Assembly: GCA_009103225.1 (NCBI GenBank)
Contig: RHPI01001037.1
Coordinates: 496,001 to 560,000 of the forward strand
DNA length: 64,000 bases
From: Chlorokybus atmophyticus
Lineage: Eukaryota > Plantae > Mesostigma and Chlorokybus algae
Direction of reading: 5' to 3'
The notes under the pieces were generated by a model. That model was not told the DNA's origin. It worked only from the letters and a program-made list of their open reading frames with translations, and did not search any database. Positions 40,641-54,230 of the stretch are shown here, in pieces. Position 1 is the first letter of the stretch, and each line of letters begins with the position of its first letter. Position numbers and translations under genes: made by a program.

Positions 40641-43524
40641 ATGTCGGCCCCCGCGCGGTCCGCCTCCCGCCTGCGCGCCCGCGCGTCGTCGTCTCTGCGA
40701 GCTGCACGCCACAGGGCAGAGGTGCGAAAAGCGCGCTAACCCAAAGTTACATGCAGCTGAACCCTCGCTTTGAGCTGTATGGTTTGCGGCGTAGCATTGG
40801 TAACTCATCAGCAGCATGGTTGCAATTGTGCTGTTGAGAGTCACTGTCTTACAGCTTGGTGTTTCAGCTACTTTATACTTGTGCGTAAGCCCAGCTCAGT
40901 TATGCTCAGCCATGTGCAGAATCCACTAGCAAAGCATAGTTGGAGGCGTGCAAGCTTGCATTGCCACATGCTCAAGGAAACATTATTTCAGTACTATTGC
41001 CATTGCAGCGAAAATGTGTTGCCGCATGTCAGTGAAAGGTTGCAACGCTTGGTGCAGGCCGCAACATGGCAAGCCTCCGCTGCTGCCTCTTCAAGCGGCA
41101 GGCAGCATGCGCAGGCCGCTGGAAGCCAGAGCCGGGAGATGAGCTTCGTCTCAGAGTTTATGAAGCGGGTGCGCGGAGGTGTTGAGTCAAACCCGGAGCT
41201 CAAAAAGTCAGTTGAGGAGTTGCGTGAGCAAACAGAAAAATTCAAGCGAGAGACTAGCGAGTTTGCGAAGAAGGCCGCGCAGGCCACTGATGGTGTCAGC
41301 CAGCGCGCACGTCAGGTGCTTGTTCGCGTAATTGCTTGGTCGTTTGTTAGTCCTTTCAACACACACTTGCATCTTTGTGTGCGTTGTGCCTTAAGGCGAC
41401 ATTTTCACTCATCAATGGTTGGGTGATTAGGTTGCATGCGAACGCATTGACAGTTACATCTCATTGGCATCATGTGTGTGTAGCTTTCTCATGGTGCACA
41501 AGTGTTCGGCTGTGAGTTGTGGTGGCTTTTTATGCTTAGGCAGCCACTCAAGTTGCTGAGCGCCTCGGGGAGGCAAAAAGTCAGGTCTCTTCAACGGTGC
41601 GAGAATCACTGTCAGAAGCAGAGAAGACGGAAACTTACAGTAGGGTATGTGTGTGTCGGCAGTCATTTGCATGCCATTGGCCAAAAAAAGTTTTGCTCAT
41701 TGACAAAAATACCAACTGTGTGTGGCAGCTGAAAGAAACTGTGAGCGCATTCAAGCCAGGGAAGGCAGCAGAGCAGGACACATCAGGGAAACCGCAAGCG
41801 CAAGCGCAAGCTGAGTCAACGCAACATAAGGCTGAAGGTCCGTGTCTGCATTGGCTGCGAACACCATAATCTTGGCTGCAGTTTGCACGCCCATGTACGC
41901 AATCTTTGACCGACCATCTTAGCAAAGCCCACTCACAACTGTACTTGTTAAGAAGCGGAAGGTAGTGCTGCTGGAGCACAAGGCGATGCAAGCACATCGG
42001 GATCAGCACAGGAGGTATGTTGGTTGTGTCGCTTGCTTTGGTGGCGGGCTGCAATTGACAGCGTCAGTGATGATGTTTGCAGAGCACGTGGCAGCGGATT
42101 AGAGCGCAGCCGGTCAAGCAAACACTAACAGACTTTTTTCTAGTAGTAAAAGCTGAGCTGGATTTGCTCATAAAGCCCACACCTCCGCGCAGCAGGTGCA
42201 GATGCTGGTCAAGTGTGGAACGTGTGTTGTAGCTGTGTGTATGTTGAAACAACGATGAAAGGCAGGAAGGATGTTGTTGAGGTCACCTGTTGTATTGTTG
42301 CGTGCAGCGGTACTTATGCTGGCCCGGCTGGTGCCTCATCAGCACTTGTCCCAGTGAGGAAAAAAGAGTCCGCATGGCAAAAGCGCTGGGGTTCATTCCG
42401 CGATCAGGTGCGTATTGTGCACATGTGATCAACGGTGTCAACTCCCAGCATTGTCAAATGCGCATGCTGCAGCAGCCTCATGTCATCGCGTTGTCAACTG
42501 CGGTTTCAGGCTGCCACGAATCCGCTCTTTCAGCGGCTGTTCACCATCAACAGCAAGGTGCTGGACCGCGGCAAGGGGTTTGCTGACGACTTGCGTGATC
42601 GGTGGGAAACCAGCGACAGCCCTATTGTCCACTCTATTCAAGACATGCAGGTAACGCAACAAGGTGGATGATGGTCGGTGTGCATAGTCACTGGGAGCGG
42701 TCTATTCCAGCAATTATGCCAGCGCTTATGCTGTGCCCTGCAGGACAAGTTGTTTGGCGAAACGGACACAGCCATTGCTATGAAGGAGATACGGCGCCGA
42801 GAACCGTGCGTGACTTGGCGATTCTGCTGGCGTGAGCAATGACCTTTTGCATCCTTTAGCTTTTCTGACCTTTGTTCCACTGCGCAGAGAGTTCTCCCTG
42901 CCCGAGTTTGTTTACCAGTTGAAAACAGAGATAGCCCCTTTGTTGCGGTCGTATCTAGAGGGCGACCTAGACACAATCAAGAAGTGGTGCACTTCCGAGA
43001 TGGTTTCTCGCATCACCTCAGAGGTAGAAGCTGGTTGTGATGGTGGTTCAAGCATGTGGCAACAGGAGCTGAGTTGCTGTTTCAGTGATGCAATTCATCC
43101 GCTTCCATCAGGTTATGCTCTGGAAGCAAGAGGGTGCTGTCCCAGATTCGAGCATATTGAACGTTGGGGATGTGGAGTTGGCTGCAATCAAGCTGCAGGG
43201 TGGTGATCCACACATTGTGGTGCAGGTTTGTGACTGGCAGTTGTGCTACTTGCTGGCCTGGTGATACTGTGTTGCTTACTGTGCGCTTACCATGTGTGTG
43301 TGCAGTTTGCTTGCCAGCAGATCAATTGCGTTCGCGACTTGCATGGAAATATCACGGAGGGTGCTGAAGACGATATCCAGTCAGTGTACTATGCCTGGGC
43401 GCTGCGTCAAGACGTTGAAGAAGTGGAGGAGAAGCTGAGTGACACGGGCGAAACGTACACAGTGGTGAAACCCAAATGGAAGCTTCGCGACATGGCCGTC
43501 CGCGCCATTCGCGCGACAATATGA
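40641..43524 (+). CDS. TIM44: Mitochondrial import inner membrane translocase subunit TIM44
   Basis: Arg/Ser-rich presequence MSAPARSASRLRARASSSLRAARH. Then EFMKRVRGGVESNPELKKSVEEL, DDLRDRWETSDSPIVHSIQD, ETDTAIAMKEIRRREP, FSLPEFV, YLEGDLDTIKKWC, QQINCVRD..GNITEGAEDDIQSVYYAW and WKLRDM. Confidence 0.9.
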
Positions 43525-43982
43525 TGTGCTTCAGCATTGTGATGCTTCTAGTAGTTGGAGTTGGCATGTGTGGACAACATCACCTTTATAGTGAACTGGG
43601 CTGGTAATATTGCACGCTCATGGTATCAGATGCAAATGTGTTTGTTGCAGCTAGGATGGGTTAGAATGAGGTGTGCTGTCGTAGTGCTTGATGCCAGCGT
43701 ATGGCCTGTGCGCTGCAGCGTGCACAGGCCCTTACAGTGATGGAGGGAGCGGCGGCGGCGTTGGCAGTGGTGTCTGGCTGGACGCCCTTGCAGTCAGGAC
43801 TGCAGGCCTTGGCCAAGGAGTGCGGCAGACAGCGGTGCTGAGCGAATGACGGGCGACAGGAGCAGGACGGCAGCAGGCGGCGTATTGCTGCGTCCGCGGC
43901 GTTTCGGGGAGTGTGGCGTGGTGGGGGTGACTCTGAGGCTGCGTGTGGTGCTTTGTGTTTTTTGTGGTGTGATACTGCTGTG

Positions 43983-44513
<531 letters not shown>

Positions 44514-45634
44514 NGTCAGCAGTAGGTTCTCACATCAGCGCTTGTGCAAACGCGTTGGCGAGTTACTCAGTGGCGTTGCTTGTACAGGTGAGGCCATTTT
44601 TCTTGGTTGTTGTCACGCTGCTACCAGGGCTGCTGGGCAAAGCGCCATGTGTGAACGGTTATACCTTGGCTGTTTGTGCTGCGTGGACTGCCTGGACTGC
44701 CAGACTGCTGAACCTCTGTAATGTCTACCTGCAAAAACAGCCCTACCAGTGTGAGCACTCCGTCTATTCTTTTTTTTGTGTGGGTTGGTGTGACTCGGTG
44801 CTTGTGCACGCATATGTGATACATTCAATATGGCCTACACGTTGCACATGCGCCTGCATAGTCGATGTGACTACTACATGTAGGGTGCGTTGCGTGCAGA
44901 GGTTACCAGCAAGGCATGGCAGATTCGGCAAACTATCCGGCGGGGCAGCAATATTAGCCTGCATGCTGCTGAATAAAAGCAATACATTTGCGGAAATGCA
45001 ACATACACACCTCTCTTGAGAGTGCGAGCTAAAGTGCAAGCTAAATTCGGAAGACTGCAAATATTCTGCAAGATTGCTTGTACAACAGCCTGTACACGCC
45101 GAGGGCAGGAAGCATTGCAAGATCACAGCTGCTGGCGGTACTAGAGTGCATAAGGGTTATGGTGCTGAAAGAACTGTTTGTCGAAGCTTATGGAGAGACT
45201 AGGCGCAGGTAATGTACACACATCACTTTCACTTATACAGCTGGTTGTCGACATGCAGAAAACGACTGCAATTGTTCGACGATGTCATTATGGCCCTTGC
45301 ACCAACATCACTTGTTACCATCGTGCATGCTATTAAGAATAGAGAGTGCCAACATTGTTTGATTGACATATATCACAAAGAGCGTTCTGACCGACGCAGT
45401 ACTCCAACAACTTCATGGCTGACTACCTGTCAACTACTGGACACGCACGAACACATTCATACTCAACTAGCAACAAGCATGTGTAGCCATCAACTGACTA
45501 CCCGTCAACTACTGGACACGCACAAACACACATTCTAAACTAATAACAAGCGTGCGTAACCATCAACTGGGAAACGCTTCAGCGTCACACAAGGGGGTGA
45601 GTGCACGCGCAAGAAGCAAAAACAAGGGTTGTGC

Positions 45635-47723
45635 TTAGCAGCTGCCAATGTCACAGTACTCGGTGTAGCATTGCGAGACGTAATCCGCGGCGCTGCTGGA
45701 TGGCTGCACAGTACAAAGCAGCAAATTCAAGTTAGCAGCAGAGAAGAAAAGTAGGCCGCATGTGCTCACACTCACAATATGTGACACAAGCAATGAGTTG
45801 AGCAGAGGCACTCACCGTGAAAGAGCATTGCCAGAAGAACGCCGCCGGAGCCTCATTGGTGCCAATGGCTGACTTGAACTGCGCGATGACTTGAGCCACG
45901 GAGTACGGGTAGGGCTTCACGCCCAGAGCCTGATTGGCGGGCGTGACGGTCTGCCTGGCAGCGTTGAGCAGCGCCGTCACGGCAAACCGAAGAAACTGGT
46001 CGGCATTATTGTTCTCAGCCCCGCTGAGTGTCTGCATAACCACACCGTTCGTGCCCAATCCCAACCCGTAGCGCGTGTAGCACGTGTCTCCAACGGCGCA
46101 CTGGAACGCGCTCACGACGGTGGTACCGCCAGCGAGCAACGTGCCATACACGTATGGCGCGGGCCACTTGCACGCCTTGCCGGCGTTCTTCCACGTGCCC
46201 GGCGAGCACGACTGCACGCCGTTCAACTCCGGGTGCGGCCCATTGAAAGAGAAGGGCTTTGGCGGAGGGGGAGGCGGAGAAGACCGAGGAGGAGGAGGTG
46301 AGGGAGGAGATGGTGGAGGGGGTGAGGGAGNNNNNNNNNNNNNNNNNNNNNNNNNNNNNNNNNNNNNNNNNNNNNNNNNNNNNNNNNNNNNNNNNNNNNN
46401 NNNNNNNNNNNNNNNNNNNNNNNNNNNNNNNNNNNNNNNNNNNNNNNNNNNNNNNNNNNNNNNNNNNNNNNNNNNNNNNNNNNNNNNNNNNNNNNNNNNN
46501 NNNNNNNNNNNNNNNNNNNNNNNNNNNNNNNNNNNNNNNNNNNNNNNNNNNNNNNNNNNNNNNNNNNNNNNNNNNNNNNNNNNNNNNNNNNNNNNNNNNN
46601 NNNNNNNNNNNNNNNNNNNNNNNNNNNNNNNNNNNNNNNNNNNNNNNNNNNNNNNNNNNNNNNNNNNNNNNNNNNNNNNNNNNNNNNNNNNNNNNNNNNN
46701 NNNNNNNNNNNNNNNNNNNNNNNNNNNNNNNNNNNNNNNNNNNNNNNNNNNNNNNNNNNNNNNNNNNNNNNNNNNNNNNNAAGGAGAGGTTGGTGGTGGG
46801 GGCGAGGGAGAGGATGGGGGAGGAGGAGATGGTGGGGAGGATGGAGGGGGCGGTGGGGAGGGGAAGCAGCTCTGTGGAGTCGTCGCAGGCTTGAAGCAGA
46901 ACTTGGGCTGAGGCACCTGCGCAGTGCACACCCATGCATGTCAGCACACAAGTCAACCGTTACCAAGACCCAACACAGCATCCAAGCACACCCTAAACTC
47001 ACCACGTAGGTTTGTTCAGCGTGAAGGGCGTTGGAGCCAGCGAAGGTGTAGGTCGTGCCGCAGGTCTTGGTTGATAGGGTGCCGCAGGCGGTACCGTTGG
47101 CCTTGTACGGCCTGAGTGTGCACGAGTCGTAGGTCTGATTCTGCGACTGGTAGTACTCCACAGTGGGGACGTAGCCGCGACCGAAGGAGCCGTCATCCTT
47201 GGTGTTGACTGTCAGGGAGGTGCTCTCTCCCGCAGTGTTCTTACACACGATCAGCACCGTGAAGCCGGAGAGCATGGGGTCCACCGGGGCATTATACACA
47301 CCTGCAAGTCAAGGGATCAGTCAGACGAAACATCTTTCTCTGTCTCTCTATCTCTGTGCGTGCGTGCATGTGTGTGCATGTGGACCACCAGCCAGATCCG
47401 CAACGCATGCATGCATGCAGTGCCAGAGCGCAACCTCAAGAGGTTGGTGCAAGCAACCAACGCTTACCATTGTTGCAGGTGTCACAGTACACGTACCCCC
47501 TGCGCCACAAGAAGGCAGGAGCACACAGTGGTTAGCATGTTCTTCAACAGCGCAAGCTTGAGACTGTTCTCGTACACAGCATGCATGCATGCCAAACTGC
47601 ATTTTTTTCCTTTGTCACTTACTTGACAGTGGCGTAGGTGGCGGTAGCAGGCGTGGCCAGCAGGATGGCGGACAGGGCAACGACCACCAGCATGACGCTG
47701 GCGGTGAGAGGGGACCGCCCCAT
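45635..47723 (-). CDS. Secreted proline-rich glycoprotein (Ole e 1-like + SP(n) + PDF1-like), paralog 2; linker partly in an assembly gap
   Basis: MGRSPLTASVMLVVVALSAILLATPATA, IVCKNTAG..TKDDGSF..DSCTLRP..TACG, VPQPKFCFKPATTPQSCFPSPPPP, SCSPGTWKN..LRFAVTALLNA..YPYSVAQVIAQFKSA and CYTEYCDIGSC*. Same four intron positions as paralog 1. Confidence 0.8.
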
Positions 47724-48509
47724 GGCGTCAAGGCAACCTTCCCTCTCGATCGCTCGCTGCGTTGTGAGACAACGGAGTGGTGCTCTGCGGAGAACAGGTG
47801 CACTTTATGCTCCGGGGTTCCGGTCCTTTCCGCGTCCTGACACGCGAACGGACGCTCGTGCCAAAGCAGCAGTTGTCCTTGCCAGGAGGCACTCGTCATG
47901 ATGCGGCTGAGGAAGTCGAGGTGTCCACCAGAGCATCACACAGAATAAAGAGAGGAAAAAGCTCTGGAGCCTTTTGGGGGGCAAGGCCTACTGAGTAAGT
48001 ATCAGAGTACAAAAGTGTCATTGGTACATGTTCATCATGGTTATGCGACCAATTGTATACAGTGTAGGCCTATGTTGTACAGGCTATGTGCAGGTACTGC
48101 CGATGCGAAAAGTTCGGTACAAAACCGCACTCCATCATAAGTTTCGAGGTACTCGCCTCCCATGTTCAATCACGCATGCCATTCCTCTACCGGAAGTCAA
48201 CGCCAGACGTTGTCTACTCATATATTCGTTGCTCTGCAATGATTCGCTACATAGGTGCTCCGGTCACCTACGGGACTCGGTGGACAGTAGAATCATTGCA
48301 ATCAGTGAATGGTGTACACAGGAGTCCGTAGGTTTAACCCTAGTACCGCACCTGCTAGGTGCGGTACTGGTTAGTGCTCGTTACCATTTTCGATGCTTTC
48401 TGTTGGAATCTCGTACCATTAGATAGAGTCTGCATCCCAGAAGTTTAGCTACCCGCCGACAGACGTCACCTCAAACGGGTGCTGATTAGGTGAGCGCAAA
48501 CGGCTGCCA

Positions 48510-51500
48510 TTAAGGCTCTCGTTAAAGTCAGCGCGCAACAGAGATCCGCCAAAGGAGGCAGTACTGTAGTACCATTGCGGCGCACCCTATCCCGCGTTGC
48601 ATTGAGTATGACTGTCCCATCCGACCTCTCTTGCCGTTTTCGGATGCCGACGAACTTGGTGCGCTGCATGAATGCTACGCTTTTGCACGGAGGCAACTTG
48701 CACCATGTGCGCATTGCGCGCCGCAACGACAGGGCAGAGTGCTTTGACGTGTCGCGCCTAGCCTGCCACGACGACCCGCCCCACGAGCAAGACACACAAG
48801 ACGACGCATGTATACCCCTGCGTCGTGGCATGGACGACGATTCCCTGCACGCTCCAAGCGATATCACCGTACCACCGTGAAGTGGTGCGGACACCGCCAC
48901 AGCGGCGACTCATTGGGGCGGAAGAGTCAACTTCGTTTTCCCGGCGCCTTTTTGCCCAGCAGGCAGACGGCGGAGGAGGGCAGGGTGGTGTGGGCGGGCC
49001 GGGGTGAAGCAGCTGCTGCCAGCGGTTGGTGTTGCGGTTGCAGGGTTTGTTGTATAGGTGTGAATGTAATTAGTGCTGCTGTGGTTTCATCGTGGTTGTG
49101 GTAGCAGTCGCTGGACAGACGCAGGATTCGTCCTTTGTGTAGGATGGCTAGATTAGTCGGTGGTTAATTGGTGAGTTGACAATTGGTGCAGAACACTGCA
49201 AGAGCACATGACTGGCAAACACTTTCGGGGTTTGTTATACGTGTATGTGTACTTGCGCAGGCACACAGCACGCAACACATACTTGCGCATGTCAAGCACA
49301 AACTTACAGGCACTCTGCGCACACAGTGGAGTCTGTTTTATGTGTAGACGTACACGTATGCATGCACATGTGCATACGCACACACGCACGCATATATGAA
49401 TGCACAGTAGGGTTTTGGTGATTGTACGCAGGCGGACAGAGATGCGCACGCACGCGCGTAACATACACCTCGTTGCATATTTTGTGTACTCACACATCCG
49501 CGCACACATGCAGACAATACATAGCACACACTTGCGCACATTAAGCACACACGCATGCGTACGCACACATGCATGCACACATGCATACAGCAGGGTGTGT
49601 TGTGTGTGTAGGCGTACACACTGACGAAGATACACGTGTACACAGCACATAGCATACACTCGTGCACGCACATATGCATGCACACAGCAGAATCTGGGGT
49701 GTGTGTGCGCGTACATTTGGCACACGCACACACACACGTATTCATGCACACAGCAAGGTTTGTCATATGTGTAGGCGTGCACGCGCACACGCACATTTCA
49801 GGCCTTTAAACTTTTATACACACGCAGACACTCGAGCACTCAGCATGTAGACATTAGGGTTTGTTGCGTGGGTAGGTGTACACACGCGCACACAGAGCAC
49901 GCAGCACACTTCAGGCTTGTGTAATGCATGCAGCATAAATCATTAATTGTGTTATTGTACACTTGCGCACATTAAGCATGCATGCGTGCGCGCGTGCACA
50001 CACACACGAAGAAGCTCATGTGCACGTGCGCGTCCAGCTTACACGCACGTGCCAAGAAATCAAATTACAGCTGTACAATACCTACACTTGACATAGGTGG
50101 TAGTGTAGATGCAGTGCATGAACGCACCAGCATATATTGTAATAAACACAGGATGTACACACTCGCGCGCGCATGCATGTATGTATGGAGGATTGCTAAA
50201 TTTCTTTGATGATAATGATTATAATGGTCACATCATGTTGAATGTGTTTATTGTTGAAATTATGTATGAAGGTGAAAGTTTTTGTACATGCATGTGTGAC
50301 ATGTAAGTAACTCGGCTACATGTTGATATAAACTTGATGTTAAACAAGCCACACGCCTTCTTTGCTTACTCATCGTCATCAGTCTTTGCAATTGAAGGGG
50401 TGTTGCGCACACAGCCAATTGTAAAGCGCTTTGCAATCGGCATTGACAACACTGCAATCGTTAATGCTTTACCGCAAGGGTCTTTGAATGTAATGCATAG
50501 CCGTGACGCATCATGATATGCATGCATGCACGCTCGCACACACACGCACGCACACATTGTGTGGCACTGCATGCACGCGCATGGCATGTGCATGCGCACA
50601 CATGCAACTTACATGTGAGCACATGAAGTCACATCATGTATGATACGCATTGCATGTGCACACGCACGTGCATACACATAAACACACGAGTCAAACTTTG
50701 ACTTGACTGACCCACACACGTGTGCACATTGCATTGCATGCGTGTTGCACGCTCGTATATATGAGGAAATGACTGAGATGGAGGGAGAGAGCGGTTTGCA
50801 CTGCACTGCACTGCACTGCATGACATCTACTGCATGATCATTGCCGTTGCTGACTATCATGAGTGCTGTACAGGTAATGACTGTAACTGTTTTTGTTGAC
50901 AAGCATGCATGACCAACCGGTGGTAGCGGTAGTGGTAATAGATGTAGAGATAGTGTAGTCTGACACGTGATAAAGTTGCTCGTTGGTGTTGTATTTACCA
51001 AGTGATGCAGTGTGCCATGCGTGTGTTGTGCATGTCATACATGTTGTGGATGGGTGTGTAGTATGCTACATGTGATATTAATCAATCCCCTCGCCGTTCT
51101 CTTGTACGTACAAAATATACACGAATGCGCGCACACACACACACACGCACACGAGGAAATTGACTTGTACACAAGCGCACGCATTGCACTGTATGCGCAC
51201 ACGAGCATGCATAGATGCCATCCACTTATCGCACAAGCACACACATATGCGCGCGCGTTGATTGAACAATGCGCATGTTTTGCTTATACCAGTCACTGTT
51301 TAGCTGGAGGGCCGTTTGAGATGCGTCAAATTATGCAACTAATGGCAAAATGTCCATATCGGTTCTAATGGCGCACATCTGTATGCTGGATTGGCAATAT
51401 CGCATGCATTAGCCACAAGAAAACTCATGCTTTTGCGCGCTAACTACCTACGATAACTGAGTCAGGCTGCCTCAGCGGCCTACGTCGATAACAACATACC

Positions 51501-54230
51501 TTATGCTTGTAATAGTACTGCTATACCGTTAATAGCATGCTGAATGCTTATACTGGTAGTTGCATGATACCGATTGTAGCATACATTTGCTCAGCATAGC
51601 AGGAATGCTTATAACAGCGCATGAATGTATCAGCTGTCGTTATCGCTCGGGCCCTACAAACTGTAGTCGTTAGCGCGTTAATTCTCAGGGCCCTCGTTGC
51701 AGTCAGCGCGCATTGAGACCCACCGGAAAGACTACTCCTCTCGTGCAAGTTTTTGTACCGTTCTTTGGTGTGACGGGGTACCCTCTACATTGCATAGAGG
51801 ATCCCTATCCGACCTTTCCTTGCCGTTTTGGATGCCGAAAATTTCTGTCGGTGCGCAAGCATGCTGCGCCGTTGCACGGTGGCTTGCACCATGTGCGCAG
51901 TGCGCGCCACACGCACTCTGTCACAACAGCTTGACCTGTCGCGCTCAGCCTGCCACGACGACCAGCCCAAGAGCAGCAAGACACACAAGACGACACACTT
52001 CCCTTGCCTGTCGTGTCGTGGCATGACGAAGACGTTCCCTGCACGCTCCAAAGGATACCACCGTATCACTGGTGGTCCGGTGTCAGCACCGCCTCAGCGG
52101 CAACAATAACAGTAAGTGGTAGTGGCTGGCATCCTTTGCCCTGCGGCATGGCGTTGGTGTGGCTGGCAAGACAAGACGCGGCTGGCCTGGTGAGGGGGGG
52201 CGGGAGTGTAAAGCAGGCTGGCGCCGTTGGTGCCAGAGTGGCAGGGGTTGTTGTATGAGTAGCTTTGCGTCTTGTTACTGTAGGTTTGTCGCTGTGTTGG
52301 TGTGTTGGTGTGTTGGTGGTTACTGAACTGTTGTTAGGGTTTGTGTTGTGTAGTTGCTGAACTGTTGTAGGGTTTTGTGCTTTATAGAGGCTTGCTCTAG
52401 TGGTTGGGTGATTGTTGTTAATAATGGCTCATCACTGTAAGAGTACATGACTGGCAAACAGTTACTGTCTTGTTCACCTACACATATGGTAGGTGTACTC
52501 ACACATGCATATGCACACATCACACTCTCGCGCAGCACAGCACACAGCACAGGAAGCAGCACACAGCACCGCACACATGCACGCACTTATGCACACAGCA
52601 GGGTTTGGGGAGGGGGGGGGGGGGGGGGGACNNNNNNNNNNNNNNNNNNNNNNNNNNNNNNNNNNNNNNNNNNNNNNNNNNNNNNNNNNNNNNNNNNNNN
52701 NNNNNNNNNNNNNNNNNNNNNNNNNNNNNNNNNNNNNNNNNNNNNNNNNNNNNNNNNNNNNNNNNNNNNNNNNNNNNNNNNNNNNNNNNNNNNNNNNNNN
52801 NNNNNNNNNNNNNNNNNNNNNNNNNNNNNNNNNNNNNNNNGGGGGGGGGGGGGGGGGGGGGGGGGGTACGCGTACACTCAATGCACGCACATGCGCGCAC
52901 GCACACATATGCATGCACATAGCAAGTTTATTGTATGTGTACGCGTGCACACGCGCGCACGCGCACATAGTGGGCCTTTAAACTTCTATACACGCACACA
53001 CGTGTGCACACAACATGCAAACATTGGATTGTGTGTGTAGGTGTATATATGTATATGTGCACGCGCACGCACACAGCATGCAGCCGTCGTGGCACACTTA
53101 TGTGACACATGCAGCAAGTATCATCACCGTGTTGTTGTACACACCGTGTACAATAGCGTGAGTGGCACTCGTGCACATCAAGCACGTGCACATGCGCATT
53201 TGCACTCGCGCATCCAAGTAGACACCATGCGCACGCATCACGTCACAGTTGTACAATAATTAGACGTATGGTATAGGTTGTAGCGCCCATGAGTATACGC
53301 ATGAACGCACCGGCATACATTGGTAACAAATGTAAGGTGTATGCGCTATGCGTGCATGCATGTGTGCATGCATGTATGTTTGGAGCACCGCTTAACTTCG
53401 GTGATGATGATGGTGATGGTGATGGTGATGATAGTCACCATACAGAAAATCATGGTCTAAACACCTATGTGAAGGTAGTGTTCGTGGTAGTGTTCATACA
53501 TGCACGTATGCATGTGACATCATAATGATATAACATATATTAAATATTTGATTATATGATGCTAAGAAGTTAATTTCATCAGGGCACGCCTCCCTCAATC
53601 ACTCATCATCATAAGCAATAAGCGCTTTGCGCTCATAGGCATTGACGATCACAACGCTGCGATCGTTAATGCCGCAGAGGTAAAGGCTGTACCTCGAGGG
53701 TGTTTAGATGTAACGCATGACTGTGATGCATCATGCACATGATCTGCATGCACACACGCTCGCGTGTGCACACACGCACATGCACAAGCTGTGTGGCACT
53801 GCATGCACGCGAATGGCATGTACATGCAACACACTGAGCTAAGGACATGAAGTCACACACGCATTGCATGTGCACTGCACACGTATGCACACACACGCAC
53901 ATACGAGGAAACCATGTCATACACACGCACGCACACGCATGTGGCATTACACTGCATGCGCACACATGCATGTGCAAATAAGCACATGTGTGCGCGCATT
54001 TAATGTACATCGGTTGATCAAATTGAATGAACGATGCACACGTACGCAATGCACCGCACTAAAACACACACGCATGCAAACTTTATCACAACGATTTACC
54101 ACACGCGCAAGCTGAATACACGCAAGTGGCACGCACACACACGCACACACACGCATTGGCACACGTACCCAACGTTTATAGCCCATTGCGACAACTTTTT
54201 TTGTGAAGCATGCACTTTTGCCGTGATTAA
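48510..54230. repeat. Old ~3.2-kb tandem duplication (copy A ~48510-51250, copy B ~51685-54230) rich in (CA/CG/TG) low-complexity sequence
   Basis: Collinear shared blocks at ~3.18-3.24 kb offset: ctcgtt..agtcagcgcgca (48517/51692), ttgcaccatgtgcgca, gcctgccacgacgacc, acatgactggcaaaca (49206/52445), ggcctttaaactt (49801/52973), catgaacgcacc and aagcgctttgc (50424/53620). Confidence 0.8.
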
